64,000 bases of DNA, from positions 28,210,001 to 28,274,000 of the forward strand of contig OZ024758.1 in NCBI GenBank assembly GCA_964016885.1. Reading direction: 5' to 3'. The position numbers were made by a program, and so were the translations under genes. Origin of the DNA: Eledone cirrhosa (taxonomy: Eukaryota). The notes beneath the pieces were generated by a model. It saw only the letters and a program-made list of their open reading frames with translations. It was not told the origin of the DNA and did no database searches. Shown in pieces: positions 37,601 to 49,669 of the stretch. Within the stretch, counting starts at the first letter, position 1. Each line of letters opens with the position of its first letter.

Positions 37601-40600
37601 AATACATCCCATGTCTTGAGACACATGAGGCAGACAAAGTGTTCCAATGACCATGGTCAGTTACATCTATCAATACATCCCATGTCTTGAGACACATGAG
37701 GCAGCCAAAGTGTTCCAATGACCATGGTCAGTTACATCTATCAATACATCCCATGTCTTGAGACACATGAGGCAGCCAAAGTGTTCCAATGACCACAGTA
37801 AGTTACATCTATCAATACATCCCATGTCTTGAGACACATGAGGCAGCCAAAGTGCTCCAATGACCACAGTCAGTTACATCTATCAATACATCCCATGCCT
37901 TGAGACACATGAGGCAGCCAAAGTGTTCCAATGACCACAGTCAGTTACATCTATCAATACATCCCATGTCTTGAGACACATGAGGCAGCCAAAGTGTTCC
38001 AATGACCACAGTCAGTTACATCTATCAATACATCCCATGCCTTGAGACACATGAGGCAGCCAAAGTGCTCCAATGACCACAGTCAGTTACATCTATCAAT
38101 ACATCCCATGCCTTGAGACACATGAGGCAGCCAAAGTGTTCCAATGACCACAGTCAGTTACATCTATCAATACATCCCATGTCTTGAGACACATGAGGCA
38201 GCCAAAGTGTTCCAATGACCACAGTCAGTTACATCTATCAATACATCCCATGTCCTGAGACACATGAGGCAGCCAAAGTGTTCCAATGACCACAGTCAGT
38301 TACATCTATCAATACATCCCATGTCTTGAGACGCATGAGGCAGCCAAAGTGTTCCAATGACCACAGTCAGTTACATCTATCAATACATCCCATGTCTTGA
38401 GACACATGAGGCAGCCAAAGTGCTCCAATGACCACGGTCAGTTACATCTATCAATACATCCCATGTCTTGAGACGCATGAGGCAGCCAAAGTGTTCCAAT
38501 GACCACAGTCAGTTACATCTATCAATACATCCCATGTCTTGAGACACATGAGGCAGCCAAAGTGCTCCAATGACCACGGTCAGTTACATCTATCAATACA
38601 TCCCATGTCTTGAGACACATGGGGCAGCCAAAGTGTTCCAATGATCACAGTCAGTTACATCTATCAATACATCCCATGTCTTGAGACACATGAGGCAGCC
38701 AAAGTGTTCCAATGACCACAGTCAGTTACATCTATCAATACATCCCATGCCTTGAGACACATGAGGCAGCCAAAGTGCTCCAATGACCACAGTCAGTTAC
38801 ATCTATCAATACATCCCATGCCTTGAGACACATGAGGCAGCCAAAGTGCTCCAATGACCACAGTCAGTTACATCTATCAATACATCCCATGCCTTGAGAC
38901 ACATGAGGCAGCCAAAGTGCTCCAATGACCACAGTCAGTTACATCTATCAATACATCCCATGCCTTGAGACACACGAAGCAGCCAAAGTGCTCCAATGAC
39001 CACGGTCAGTTACATCTATCAATACATCCCATGTCTTGAGACACACGAGGCAGCCAAAGTGCTCCAATGACCACCACAGTCAGTTACATCTATCAATACA
39101 TCCCATGCCTTGAGACACATGAGACAGACAAAGTGCTCCAATGACCACCACAGTCAGTTACATCTATCAATACATCCCATGTCTTGAGACACATGAGGCA
39201 GCCAAAGTGCTCCAATGACCACAGTCAGTTACATCTATCAATACATCCCATGCCTTGAGACACATGAGGCAGCCAAAGTGTTCCTATGACCACCACAGTC
39301 AGTTACATCTATCAATACATCCCATGCCTTGAGACACATGAGGCAGCCAAAGTGCTCCAATGACCACAGTCAGTTACATCTATCAATACATCCCATGTCT
39401 TGAGACACATGAGGCAGCCAAAGTGTTCCAATGACCACAGTCAGTTACATCTATCAATACATCCCATGTCTTGAGACATATGAGGCAGACAAAGTGCTCC
39501 AATGACCACCACAGTCAGTTACATCTATCAATACATCCAATTCCTTGAGACACACGAAGCAGCCAAAGTGCTCCAATGACCACCACAGTCAGTTACATCT
39601 ATCAATACATCCCATGTCTTGAGACACATGAGGCAGCCAAAGTGTTCCAATGACCACAGTCAGTTACATCTATCAATACATCCCATGCCTTGAGACACAT
39701 GAGGCAGACAAAGTGTTCCAATGACCACAGTCAGTTACGTCTATCAATACATCCCATGCCTTGAGACACATGAGGCAGCCAAAGTGTTCCTATGACCACC
39801 ACAGTCAGTTACATCTATCAATACATCCCATGCCTTGAGACACATGAAGCAGCCAAAGTGCTCCAATGACCACAGTCAGTTACATCTATCAATACATCCC
39901 ATGTCTTGAGACACATGAGGCAGCCAAAGTGTTCCAATGACCACCACAGTCAGTTACATCTATCAATACATCCCATGCCTTGAGACACATGAGGCAGCCA
40001 AAGTGTTCCAATGACCACAGTCAGTTACATCTATCAATACATCCCATGCCTTGAGACACATGAGGCAGCCAAAGTGCTCCAATGACCACAGTCAGTTACA
40101 TCTATCAATACATCCCATGTCTTGAGACACATGAGGCAGCCAAAGTGTTCCTATGACCACCACAGTCAGTTACATCTATCAATACATCCCATGTCTTGAG
40201 ACACATGAGGCAGCCAAAGTGTTCCTATGACAACCACAGTCAGTTACATCTATCAATACATCCCATGTCTTGAGACACATGAGGCAGCCAAAGTGCTCCA
40301 ATGACCACAGTCAGTTACATCTATCAATACATCCCATGCCTTGAGACACATGAGGCAGACAAAGTGTTCCAATGACCACAGTCAGTTACATCTATCAATA
40401 CATCCCATGCCTTGAGACACATGAGGCAGCCAAAGTGTTCCAATGACCACAGTCAGTTACATCTATCAATACATCCCATGCCTTGAGACACATGAGGCAG
40501 CCAAAGTGCTCCAATGACCACAGTCAGTTACATCTATCAATACATCCCATGTCTTGAGACACATGAGGCAGCCAAAGTGTTCCTATGACCACCACAGTCA

Positions 40601-42135
40601 GTTACATCTATCAATACATCCCATGTCTTGAGACACATGAGGCAGCCAAAGTGTTCCTATGACCACCACAGTCAGTTACATCTATCAATACATCCCATGT
40701 CTTGAGACACATGAGGCAGCCAAAGTGCTCCAATGACCACAGTCAGTTACATCTATCAATACATCCCATGTCTTGAGACACATGAGGCAGCCAAAGTGTT
40801 CCAATGACCACCACAGTCAGTAACATCTATCAATACATCCCATGTCTTGAGACACATGAGGCAGCCAAAGTGTTCCAATGACCACAGTCAGTTACATCTA
40901 TCAATACATCCCATGTCTTGAGACACATGAGGCAGCCAAAGTGCTCCAATGACCACAGTCAGTTACATCTATCAATACATCCCATGCCTTGAGACACATG
41001 AGGCAGCCAAAGTGCTCCAATGACCACAGTCAGTTACATCTATCAATACATCCCATGCCTTGAGACACATGAGGCAGCCAAAGTGTTCCAATGACCACAG
41101 TCAGTTACATCTATCAATACATCCCATGCCTTGAGACACATGAGGCAGCCAAAGTGTTCCAATGACCACAGTCAGTTACATCTATCAATACATCCCATGC
41201 CTTGAGACACATGAGGCAGCCAAAGTGTTCGAATGACCACAGTCAGTTACATCTATCAATACATCCCATGCCTTGAGACACATGAGGCAGCCAAAGTGTT
41301 CCAATGACCACCACAGTCAGTTACATCTATCAATACATCCCATGTCTTGAGACACATGAGGCAGCCAAAGTGTTCCTATGACCACCACAGTCAGTTACAT
41401 CTATCAATACATCCCATGTCTTGAGACACATGAGGCAGCCAAAGTGCTCCAATGACCACAGTCAGTTACATCTATCAATACATCCCATGCCTTGAGACAC
41501 ATGAGGCAGCCAAAGTGTTCCAATGACCACAGTCAGTTACATCTATCAATACATCCCATGCCTTGAGACACATGAGGCAGCCAAAATGTTCCAATGACCA
41601 CAGTCAGTTACATCTATCAATACATCCCATGCCTTGAGACACATGAGGCAGCCAAAGTGTTCCAATGACCACAGTCAGTTACATCTATCAATACATCCCA
41701 TGTCTTGAGACACATGAGGCAGCCAAAGTGCTCCAATGACCACAGTCAGTTACATCTATCAATACATCCCATGCCTTGAGACAGATGAGGCAGCCAAAGT
41801 GTTCCAATGACCACGGTCAGTTACATCTATCAATACATCCCATGTCTTGAGACACATGAGTCAGCCAAAGTGCTCCAATGACCACCACAGTCAGTTACAT
41901 CTATCAATACATCCTATGTCTTGAGACACATGAGGCAGACAAAGTGTTCCAATGACCACCACAGTCAGTTACATCTATCAATACATCCCATGTCTTGAGA
42001 CACATGAGGCAGCCAAAGTGTTCCAATGACCACCACAGTCAGTTACATCTATCAATACATCCCATGCCTTGAGACACACGAGGCAGCCAAAGTGTTCCAA
42101 TGACCACCACAGTCAGTTACATCTATCAATACATC

Positions 42136-43268
42136 GCAGAGCAAAGTGCCTTCCTGCGGTCATGGTTTTCATTGACTTTAGGAAGGCCTTTGATTCTGTG
42201 GACCGTTACTGCCTGATGAAGATCTTACAGGCTTATGGAATCCCCAAGAGGATAGTGGACCTGATATCTCTGCTCTACACCAACACCAAAGCCCAAGTCA
42301 TTACACCTGATGGGAGAACAGAGTTCTTTGAGATACTGGCTGGAGTGCTCCAGGGAGAAACATTGGCTCCCTACCTTTTTATCATCGTAGTCGACTATTG
42401 TATGCGCCTTGCACTGGAGAAACACCAGGACTCTGGCTTTACTGTAGCACCGGCTCAGAGCAGGAGAGTTGGGGCGAAAAAGGTATCGGATGCTGAATTT
42501 GCCGACGACATAGTTTTGGTGACAAATACAGTGAAGGAGGCAGAGGATTTGATGCGGGAGGTTGAGACTGTGTCGATGAGTGTGGGGCTGAGAATGAATG
42601 AGACTAAAACAAAATATCTGGTAGAGAATGTTGAGAAGCCAGAGGGGATCACTAATGTAGGCGGAAAGCCGCTGGAATTGGTTGAGAACTTCCTGTATTT
42701 GGGAGCAAAGTTTGGGAATACGGAAGATGATGTGGTTGAGAGGAAGAGCAAGGCCTGGGCGGCGTGTCACAGCTTGGGATCGGTGTGGAAGTCGGACCTT
42801 CGTAGAGATCTGAAGGTCCGCCTCTTCATTGCTGTAGTGGAGTCTGTGCTGCTGTGTGGGTCTGAGACTTGGACACTGACCAAGAGACTCACTCAGATGG
42901 TGGATGGGTGCTACACGAGAATGCTGAGGATGGCTCTGAACATTAATCAGTATACACTGAGGATGAAAAACTCAGAGCTGTATGGGAGCCTCCCAAAAGT
43001 CAGCTAAAAAGTGACACGGAGAAGACTGAGGTTGGCTGGACATGCTCACCGACATCCAGAGTTGACATTGCACTCAGTGCTCCTTTGGGAGCCCCTACAT
43101 GGACACACTAGAAGAGGAAGACCAGGGTTAACATATGTTGATGCCCTAAGGACAGACACTGGTCTGTTGGAGATGCAGGATATGGCAGCGATAATGAGGG
43201 ACAGAGACCGCTGGAGAGAACTCGTCCATGGATCTCGGGAATTTTACCCGCCTTAGATAGATAGATAG
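42136..43268 (+). mobile_element. 5'-truncated RTE-clade LINE (family B), copy 1, inserted in the satellite
   Basis: RT motifs FIDFRKAFDSV, GVLQGETLAP, EFADD, FLYLG, GSETW, RLRLAGH, RGRP. One in-frame TAA at 43005-43007. (TAGA)n tail. 7-bp TSD atacatc at 42129-42135 and 43269-43275. Confidence 0.93.
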
Positions 43269-44787
43269 ATACATCCCATGTCTTGAGACACATGAGGCAG
43301 CAAAAGTGCTCCAATGACCACAGTCAGTTACATCTATCAATACATCCCATGTCATGAGACACATGAGGCAGACAAAGTGTTCCAATGACCATGGTCAGTT
43401 CCATCTATCAATACATCCCATGTCTTGAGACACATGAGGCAGCCAAAGTGTTCCAATGTCCACGGTCAGTTACATCTATCAATACATCCTATGTCTTGAG
43501 ACACATGAGGCAGACAAAGTGTTCCAATGACCATGGTCAGTTCCATCTATCAATACATCCCATGTCTTGAGACACATGAGGCAGACAAAGTATTCCAATG
43601 ACCATGGTCAGTTCCATCTATCAATACATCCCATGTCTTGAGACACATGAGGCAGACAAAGTGTTCCAATGACCACCACAGTCAGTTACATCTATCAATA
43701 CATCCCATGTCTTGAGACACATGAGGCAGCCAATGTGCTCCAATGACCACCACAGTCAGTTACATCTCTCAATACATCCCATGTCTTGAGACACATGAGG
43801 CAGCCAATGTGCTCCAATGACCACCACAGTCAGTTACATCTATCAATACATCCCATGTTTTGAGACACATGAGGCAGACAAAGTGCTCCAATGACCACAG
43901 TCAGTTACATCTCTTAATACATCCCATGTCTTGAGACACATGAGGCAGCCAAAGTGTTCCAATGACCACAGTCAGTTACATCTATCAATACATCCCATGT
44001 CTCGAGACACATGAGGCAGCCAAAGTGCTCCAATGACCATGGTTAGTTACATCTATCAATACATCCCATGTTTTGAGACACATGAGACAGCCAAAGTGCT
44101 CCAATGACCACGGTCAGTTACATCTATCAATACATCCCATGTCTTGAGACACATGAGGCAGCCAAAGTGCTCCAATGACCATGGTCAGTTACATCTATCA
44201 ATACATCCCATGTTTTGAGACACATGAGGCAGCCAAAGTGCTCCAATGACCACGGTCAGTTACATCTATCAATACATCCCATGTCTTGAGACACATGAGG
44301 CAGCCAAAGTGCTCCAATGACCATGGTCAGTTACATCTATCAATACATCCCATGTCTTGAGACACATGAGGCAGCCAAAGTGTTCCAATGACCACAGTCA
44401 GTTACATCTATCAATACATCCCATGTCTTGAGACACATGAGGCAGCCAAAGTGTTTCAATGACCATGGTCAGTTACATCTATCAATACATCCCATGTCTT
44501 GAGACACATGAGTCAGCCAAAGTGCTCCAATGACCACCACAGTCAGTTACATCTATCAATACATCCTATGTCTTGAGACACATGAGGCAGACAAAGTGTT
44601 CCAATGACCACCACAGTCAGTTACATCTATCAATACATCCCATGTCTTGAGACACATGAGGCAGCCAAAGTGTTCCAATGACCACCACAGTCAGTTACAT
44701 CTATCAATACATCCCATGCCTTGAGACACACGAGGCAGCCAAAGTGTTCCAATGACCACCACAGTCAGTTACATCTATCAATACATC

Positions 44788-45920
44788 GCAGAGCAAAGTG
44801 CCTTCCTGCGGTCATGGTTTTCATTGACTTTAGGAAGGCCTTTGATTCTGTGGACCGTTACTGCCTGATGAAGATCTTACAGGCTTATGGAATCCCCAAG
44901 AGGATAGTGGACCTGATATCTCTGCTCTACACCAACACCAAAGCCCAAGTCATTACACCTGATGGGAGAACAGAGTTCTTTGAGATACTGGCTGGAGTGC
45001 TCCAGGGAGAAACATTGGCTCCCTACCTTTTTATCATCGTAGTCGACTATTGTATGCGCCTTGCACTGGAGAAACACCAGGACTCTGGCTTTACTGTAGC
45101 ACCGGCTCAGAGCAGGAGAGTTGGGGCGAAAAAGGTATCGGATGCTGAATTTGCCGACGACATAGTTTTGGTGACAAATACAGTGAAGGAGGCAGAGGAT
45201 TTGATGCGGGAGGTTGAGACTGTGTCGATGAGTGTGGGGCTGAGAATGAATGAGACTAAAACAAAATATCTGGTAGAGAATGTTGAGAAGCCAGAGGGGA
45301 TCACTAATGTAGGCGGAAAGCCGCTGGAATTGGTTGAGAACTTCCTGTATTTGGGAGCAAAGTTTGGGAATACGGAAGATGATGTGGTTGAGAGGAAGAG
45401 CAAGGCCTGGGCGGCGTGTCACAGCTTGGGATCGGTGTGGAAGTCGGACCTTCGTAGAGATCTGAAGGTCCGCCTCTTCATTGCTGTAGTGGAGTCTGTG
45501 CTGCTGTGTGGGTCTGAGACTTGGACACTGACCAAGAGACTCACTCAGATGGTGGATGGGTGCTACACGAGAATGCTGAGGATGGCTCTGAACATTAATC
45601 AGTATACACTGAGGATGAAAAACTCAGAGCTGTATGGGAGCCTCCCAAAAGTCAGCTAAAAAGTGACACGGAGAAGACTGAGGTTGGCTGGACATGCTCA
45701 CCGACATCCAGAGTTGACATTGCACTCAGTGCTCCTTTGGGAGCCCCTACATGGACACACTAGAAGAGGAAGACCAGGGTTAACATATGTTGATGCCCTA
45801 AGGACAGACACTGGTCTGTTGGAGATGCAGGATATGGCAGCGATAATGAGGGACAGAGACCGCTGGAGAGAACTCGTCCATGGATCTCGGGAATTTTACC
45901 CGCCTTAGATAGATAGATAG
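44788..45920 (+). mobile_element. 5'-truncated RTE-clade LINE (family B), copy 2, a duplicate of copy 1 at +2652 bp
   Basis: Identical translations, same truncation point, same TSD and same internal stop. Confidence 0.93.
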
Positions 45921-47355
45921 ATACATCCCATGTCTTGAGACACATGAGGCAGCAAAAGTGCTCCAATGACCACAGTCAGTTACATCTATCAATACATCCC
46001 ATGTCATGAGACACATGAGGCAGACAAAGTGTTCCAATGACCATGGTCAGTTCCATCTATCAATACATCCCATGTCTTGAGACACATGAGGCAGCCAAAG
46101 TGTTCCAATGTCCACGGTCAGTTACATCTATCAATACATCCTATGTCTTGAGACACATGAGGCAGACAAAGTGTTCCAATGACCATGGTCAGTTCCATCT
46201 ATCAATACATCCCATGTCTTGAGACACATGAGGCAGACAAAGTATTCCAATGACCATGGTCAGTTCCATCTATCAATACATCCCATGTCTTGAGACACAT
46301 GAGGCAGACAAAGTGTTCCAATGACCACCACAGTCAGTTACATCTATCAATACATCCCATGTCTTGAGACACATGAGGCAGCCAATGTGCTCCAATGACC
46401 ACCACAGTCAGTTACATCTCTCAATACATCCCATGTCTTGAGACACATGAGGCAGCCAATGTGCTCCAATGACCACCACAGTCAGTTACATCTATCAATA
46501 CATCCCATGTTTTGAGACACATGAGGCAGACAAAGTGCTCCAATGACCACAGTCAGTTACATCTCTTAATACATCCCATGTCTTGAGACACATGAGGCAG
46601 CCAAAGTGTTCCAATGACCACAGTCAGTTACATCTATCAATACATCCCATGTCTCGAGACACATGAGGCAGCCAAAGTGCTCCAATGACCATGGTTAGTT
46701 ACATCTATCAATACATCCCATGTTTTGAGACACATGAGACAGCCAAAGTGCTCCAATGACCACGGTCAGTTACATCTATCAATACATCCCATGTCTTGAG
46801 ACACATGAGGCAGCCAAAGTGCTCCAATGACCATGGTCAGTTACATCTATCAATACATCCCATGTTTTGAGACACATGAGGCAGCCAAAGTGCTCCAATG
46901 ACCACGGTCAGTTACATCTATCAATACATCCCATGTCTTGAGACACATGAGGCAGCCAAAGTGCTCCAATGACCATGGTCAGTTACATCTATCAATACAT
47001 CCCATGTCTTGAGACACATGAGGCAGCCAAAGTGTTCCAATGACCACAGTCAGTTACATCTATCAATACATCCCATGTCTTGAGACACATGAGGCAGCCA
47101 AAGTGTTTCAATGACCATGGTCAGTTACATCTATCAATACATCCCATGTCTTGAGACACATGAGGCAGCCAAAGTGCTCCAATGACCACGGTCAGTTACA
47201 TCTATCAATACATCCCATGTTTTGAGACACATGAGGCAGCCAAAGTGCTCCAATGACCATGGTCAGTTACATCTATCAATACATCCCATGTTTTGAGACA
47301 CATGAGGCAGCCAAAGTGCTCCAATGACCACGGTCAGTTACATCTATCAATACAT

Positions 47356-47632
47356 TCATTCAAACTTTTGTTGATGGGTTTCAGGTCTTTGTTGATTGTC
47401 TGCCGACAGTTCATTTTAGGATGTCTTCTTCGTCTCTTTCCATGGGAGGATGGGGAGGGGTGGGTTACTAATACAGAACCTGATTAGCATGTCTCTCACT
47501 TGGGAGTCATGTGACATGTTCCAACCAGTCAAGTTGACACTGGCACATGATGTTAGAGACACGTTGTTGGTAGGTTCATTGACGGACTTCTTTGTCGGGG
47601 GTTGAAGTCATCCCACCTAATATCAAGGATTT
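47356..47632 (-). pseudogene. Decayed RTE LINE C-terminal coding region running directly into the satellite monomer
   Basis: With frameshifts, the minus strand reads KILDIRWDDF..DKEVRQ*TYQQRVSNIMCQCQLDWLEHVT*LPSERHANQVLY..HGKRRRRHPKMNCRQTINKDLKPINKSL. This fits the RTE pattern RILGI.W...RQRRL.WLGHV.R..GKRRRGRPK..WR.TI..DL with CpG decay. Confidence 0.8.
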
Positions 47633-47635
47633 TGT

Positions 47636-47673
47636 TTGCATGGAATATGGACGTTAAACGATGATGATGATGA
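47636..47673 (+). mobile_element. Tiny RTE family-A-like 3' terminus with (GAT)n tail
   Basis: gcatggaatatggacgttaaacgatgatgatgatga resembles 2791-2833. Confidence 0.6.
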
Positions 47674-47819
47674 TTTGGTGTGAAAAGCACCTCATTGGTT
47701 CTCTTGGTTTGTCTTCACAGTCCACGTTTCACACCTACACAGGTGCCTTGAAAGCACATTACTGTTGTAAAATCTCATCTCGTTACCAAACAACGGTCAA
47801 GGCAGTATATTTCATCTGT

Positions 47820-48205
47820 ATCCTGTGGACAAAATGGTGAAACCATTGCCTTGGAGAGCCACCAGTGACACCTGCTGCATTGCCCGTTACACCTCATAGG
47901 GAGATCCTTCCTCGGCCAAGATGCACTCCTCCCAATTTTGCGGAGGAAAACGGCAGTTGATAGACTGAGGACACGAGATATCTCAACTGAAACTGGCACG
48001 AAAAGGAAGCGGTCGGTCAAGTCCTGGTATTTAGCTTTCTCCCTCTCCTTTACATTATAGGTTTGTGACCGAAGCAACAAGGCTGGTGGTGGAGAATGTG
48101 TTGAAGTACATGGCATCTCGGATTAGAGATTTACCTCCCTTAAACAGGAAGAGGGTTATCCTGTATACATGCCATCACCACAGTCAAAACCAGCAGATTC
48201 CAGTT
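47820..48205 (-). pseudogene. Decayed CRE-like non-LTR retrotransposon RLE-domain remnant
   Basis: The minus strand reads ESAGFDCGDG..ITLFLFKGGKSLIRDA..NTFSTTSL..KEREKAKYQDLTDRFLFVPVSVE..FLRKIG. The expected pattern is EP.GLDRGDGKRPDGITLFPF..GKSL.WD...K..KY.DL...F.PV.VE. Confidence 0.7.
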
Positions 48206-48604
48206 ATGCAAATTATTTTGTAAACAATTTTTTTTTCTATTTTATTATTGTTTGAAACCCATTGTAAGTTAGTTGGTGCTGTAAATTTGACAATCTGTAG
48301 GCTGTTCTAAATGTTGTTCACCTCATTCTGACTCTGCATCTCAGTTTAACATCACTTAGAGGTCAAAACATTTACTTTTCTAACCACACTCAAAATGGCT
48401 GCTACTTCCATTTCTCAGTCTAATAAGATTATGATGGCCATCTGGCAATAACAGACTTTTATAATAAATGATGAAAAATATTCAAATTTCAATGATTCTA
48501 GCCTTTAAGAGAAGATATGTGAAAATGTGTATATTAAAAATAATCATTAGACACAAATTGAAAGAGTATAAGTATAAGAAAAAAAAACATGCTGGTGCAT
48601 ACTT

Positions 48605-48668
48605 TCAAGCCCACGACATTATGATCGTAAGTCCAACACTCATACCACTAGGCCACATGCCTCCACTC
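48605..48668 (-). mobile_element. tRNA-derived SINE head fragment (same family as 52671-52954)
   Basis: Near-identical to about 52895-52960. A-box TGGCCTAGTGG on the minus strand. Confidence 0.7.
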
Positions 48669-48732
48669 CTGACAATTAATTTAAGTATATAAATATGCTA
48701 TTTGTGAAGCTCTAGTTTAATCCCTAATGAAT

Positions 48733-48928
48733 TACTGTATATACTTGACTATAAGCTGGGGAATATATGAGCAAAGAAATCAATGGTAGAAGTGGGATCA
48801 GCTTATATTTAAGGTCAATATTTTGATGGTTTTCACCAACTTCAGCTTCTTCATAAATAATTTTGGATGTTTGCCCATTTCTCAGACATAAAATAGTGGA
48901 GTCAGCTTATAGTTGAGTATATACAGTA
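48733..48928. mobile_element. Tc1/mariner-pogo (Tc2-like) MITE
   Basis: Termini ta-ctgtatatacttgactataagctg and cagcttatagttgagtatatacag-ta, with TA target duplication. Confidence 0.75.
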
Positions 48929-49358
48929 ATCACAGTGGAAAATATTAAGGACGAAACCAAGAATGTTTTAAAATTAAAGAGTTTCTTTAATGACTATTGG
49001 ATTTAAGAAAATATGCATATTTATATACTGTCTTTTGTTATAGGTCTGACTGAAGGGGAGGTCTTCATGGCCTTCATAAACCCTCTGAGATAGAAGAGAT
49101 GAATGTCATTGAGGTATTACTTTATATTTCAAATTGACTTCTTTTGGAAATTGTATATTGATGAAGCAATTGTTTTGATGGATGGATACCCTTCCTATGA
49201 CTAATCACTCAACCAGGAAGACAGAGACAAATAGTGTGATAGGCTTTGTATACCAGAATGACATGACATCTGAAGGAAAATATATGTGACCTTTGCTGTG
49301 TGCAGGAGCTGAGGGGTGGGTGCATTAGCCAGACTCCTCACAAGCAAATAGTTTAGAT

Positions 49359-49597
49359 CAGTGGTTCCCAAAGTGGGTTCCACGAAGGAGTATCTGGGGT
49401 TCCATGTAAAAAGGTAGAGGAGTATATTTATATTACGACCATATAATAGTATTAGACTTTGGGGTTCTCCCAAAAGTTTCTGAACCAAAAAGGGTTCTGT
49501 GTTTGAAAAGGTTTTGAACAGTATTAGACTTTGGGGTTCTCCCAAAAGTTTCTGAACCCAAAAGAGTTCTGTGTTTGAAAAGGTTTTGGAAACCCTG
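49359..49597. mobile_element. Non-autonomous hAT (Buster/Charlie-type) MITE with an internal ~72-bp duplication
   Basis: Termini cagtggttcccaaa and ttttggaaaccctg. 8-bp TSD gtttagat/ggttagat with central TA. Confidence 0.75.
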
Positions 49598-49669
49598 GGT
49601 TAGATACAAGCTGGTCATATACATAATCAATCAGGTCATACATGATACTGTCATATTCAATGACTAGAA

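Larger units (their letters stand above)
22866..47355. repeat. 71-bp satellite array (roughly 310 monomers, some 74-bp variants with an extra cca), interrupted by two LINE copies
   Basis: Consensus acatcccatgtcttgagacacatgaggcagccaaagtgctccaatgaccacagtcagttacatctatcaat. Period is 71 (for example 23150 to 23221). Monomers are head-to-tail with no spacers. Confidence 0.98.

Noticed and set aside
27325-46222. Recurrent 61-79 aa ORFs within the satellite
   Set aside because: They arise where point variants remove stops in a 71-bp unit that cycles through frames. No evidence of a gene.
22866-47355. CRISPR-like array, or a retron/DGR-like RT-plus-repeat system
   Set aside because: Monomers are contiguous with no unique spacers and there are no cas or accessory genes. 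The embedded RTs are 5'-truncated eukaryotic LINE fragments with a TSD, a tail and a premature stop.
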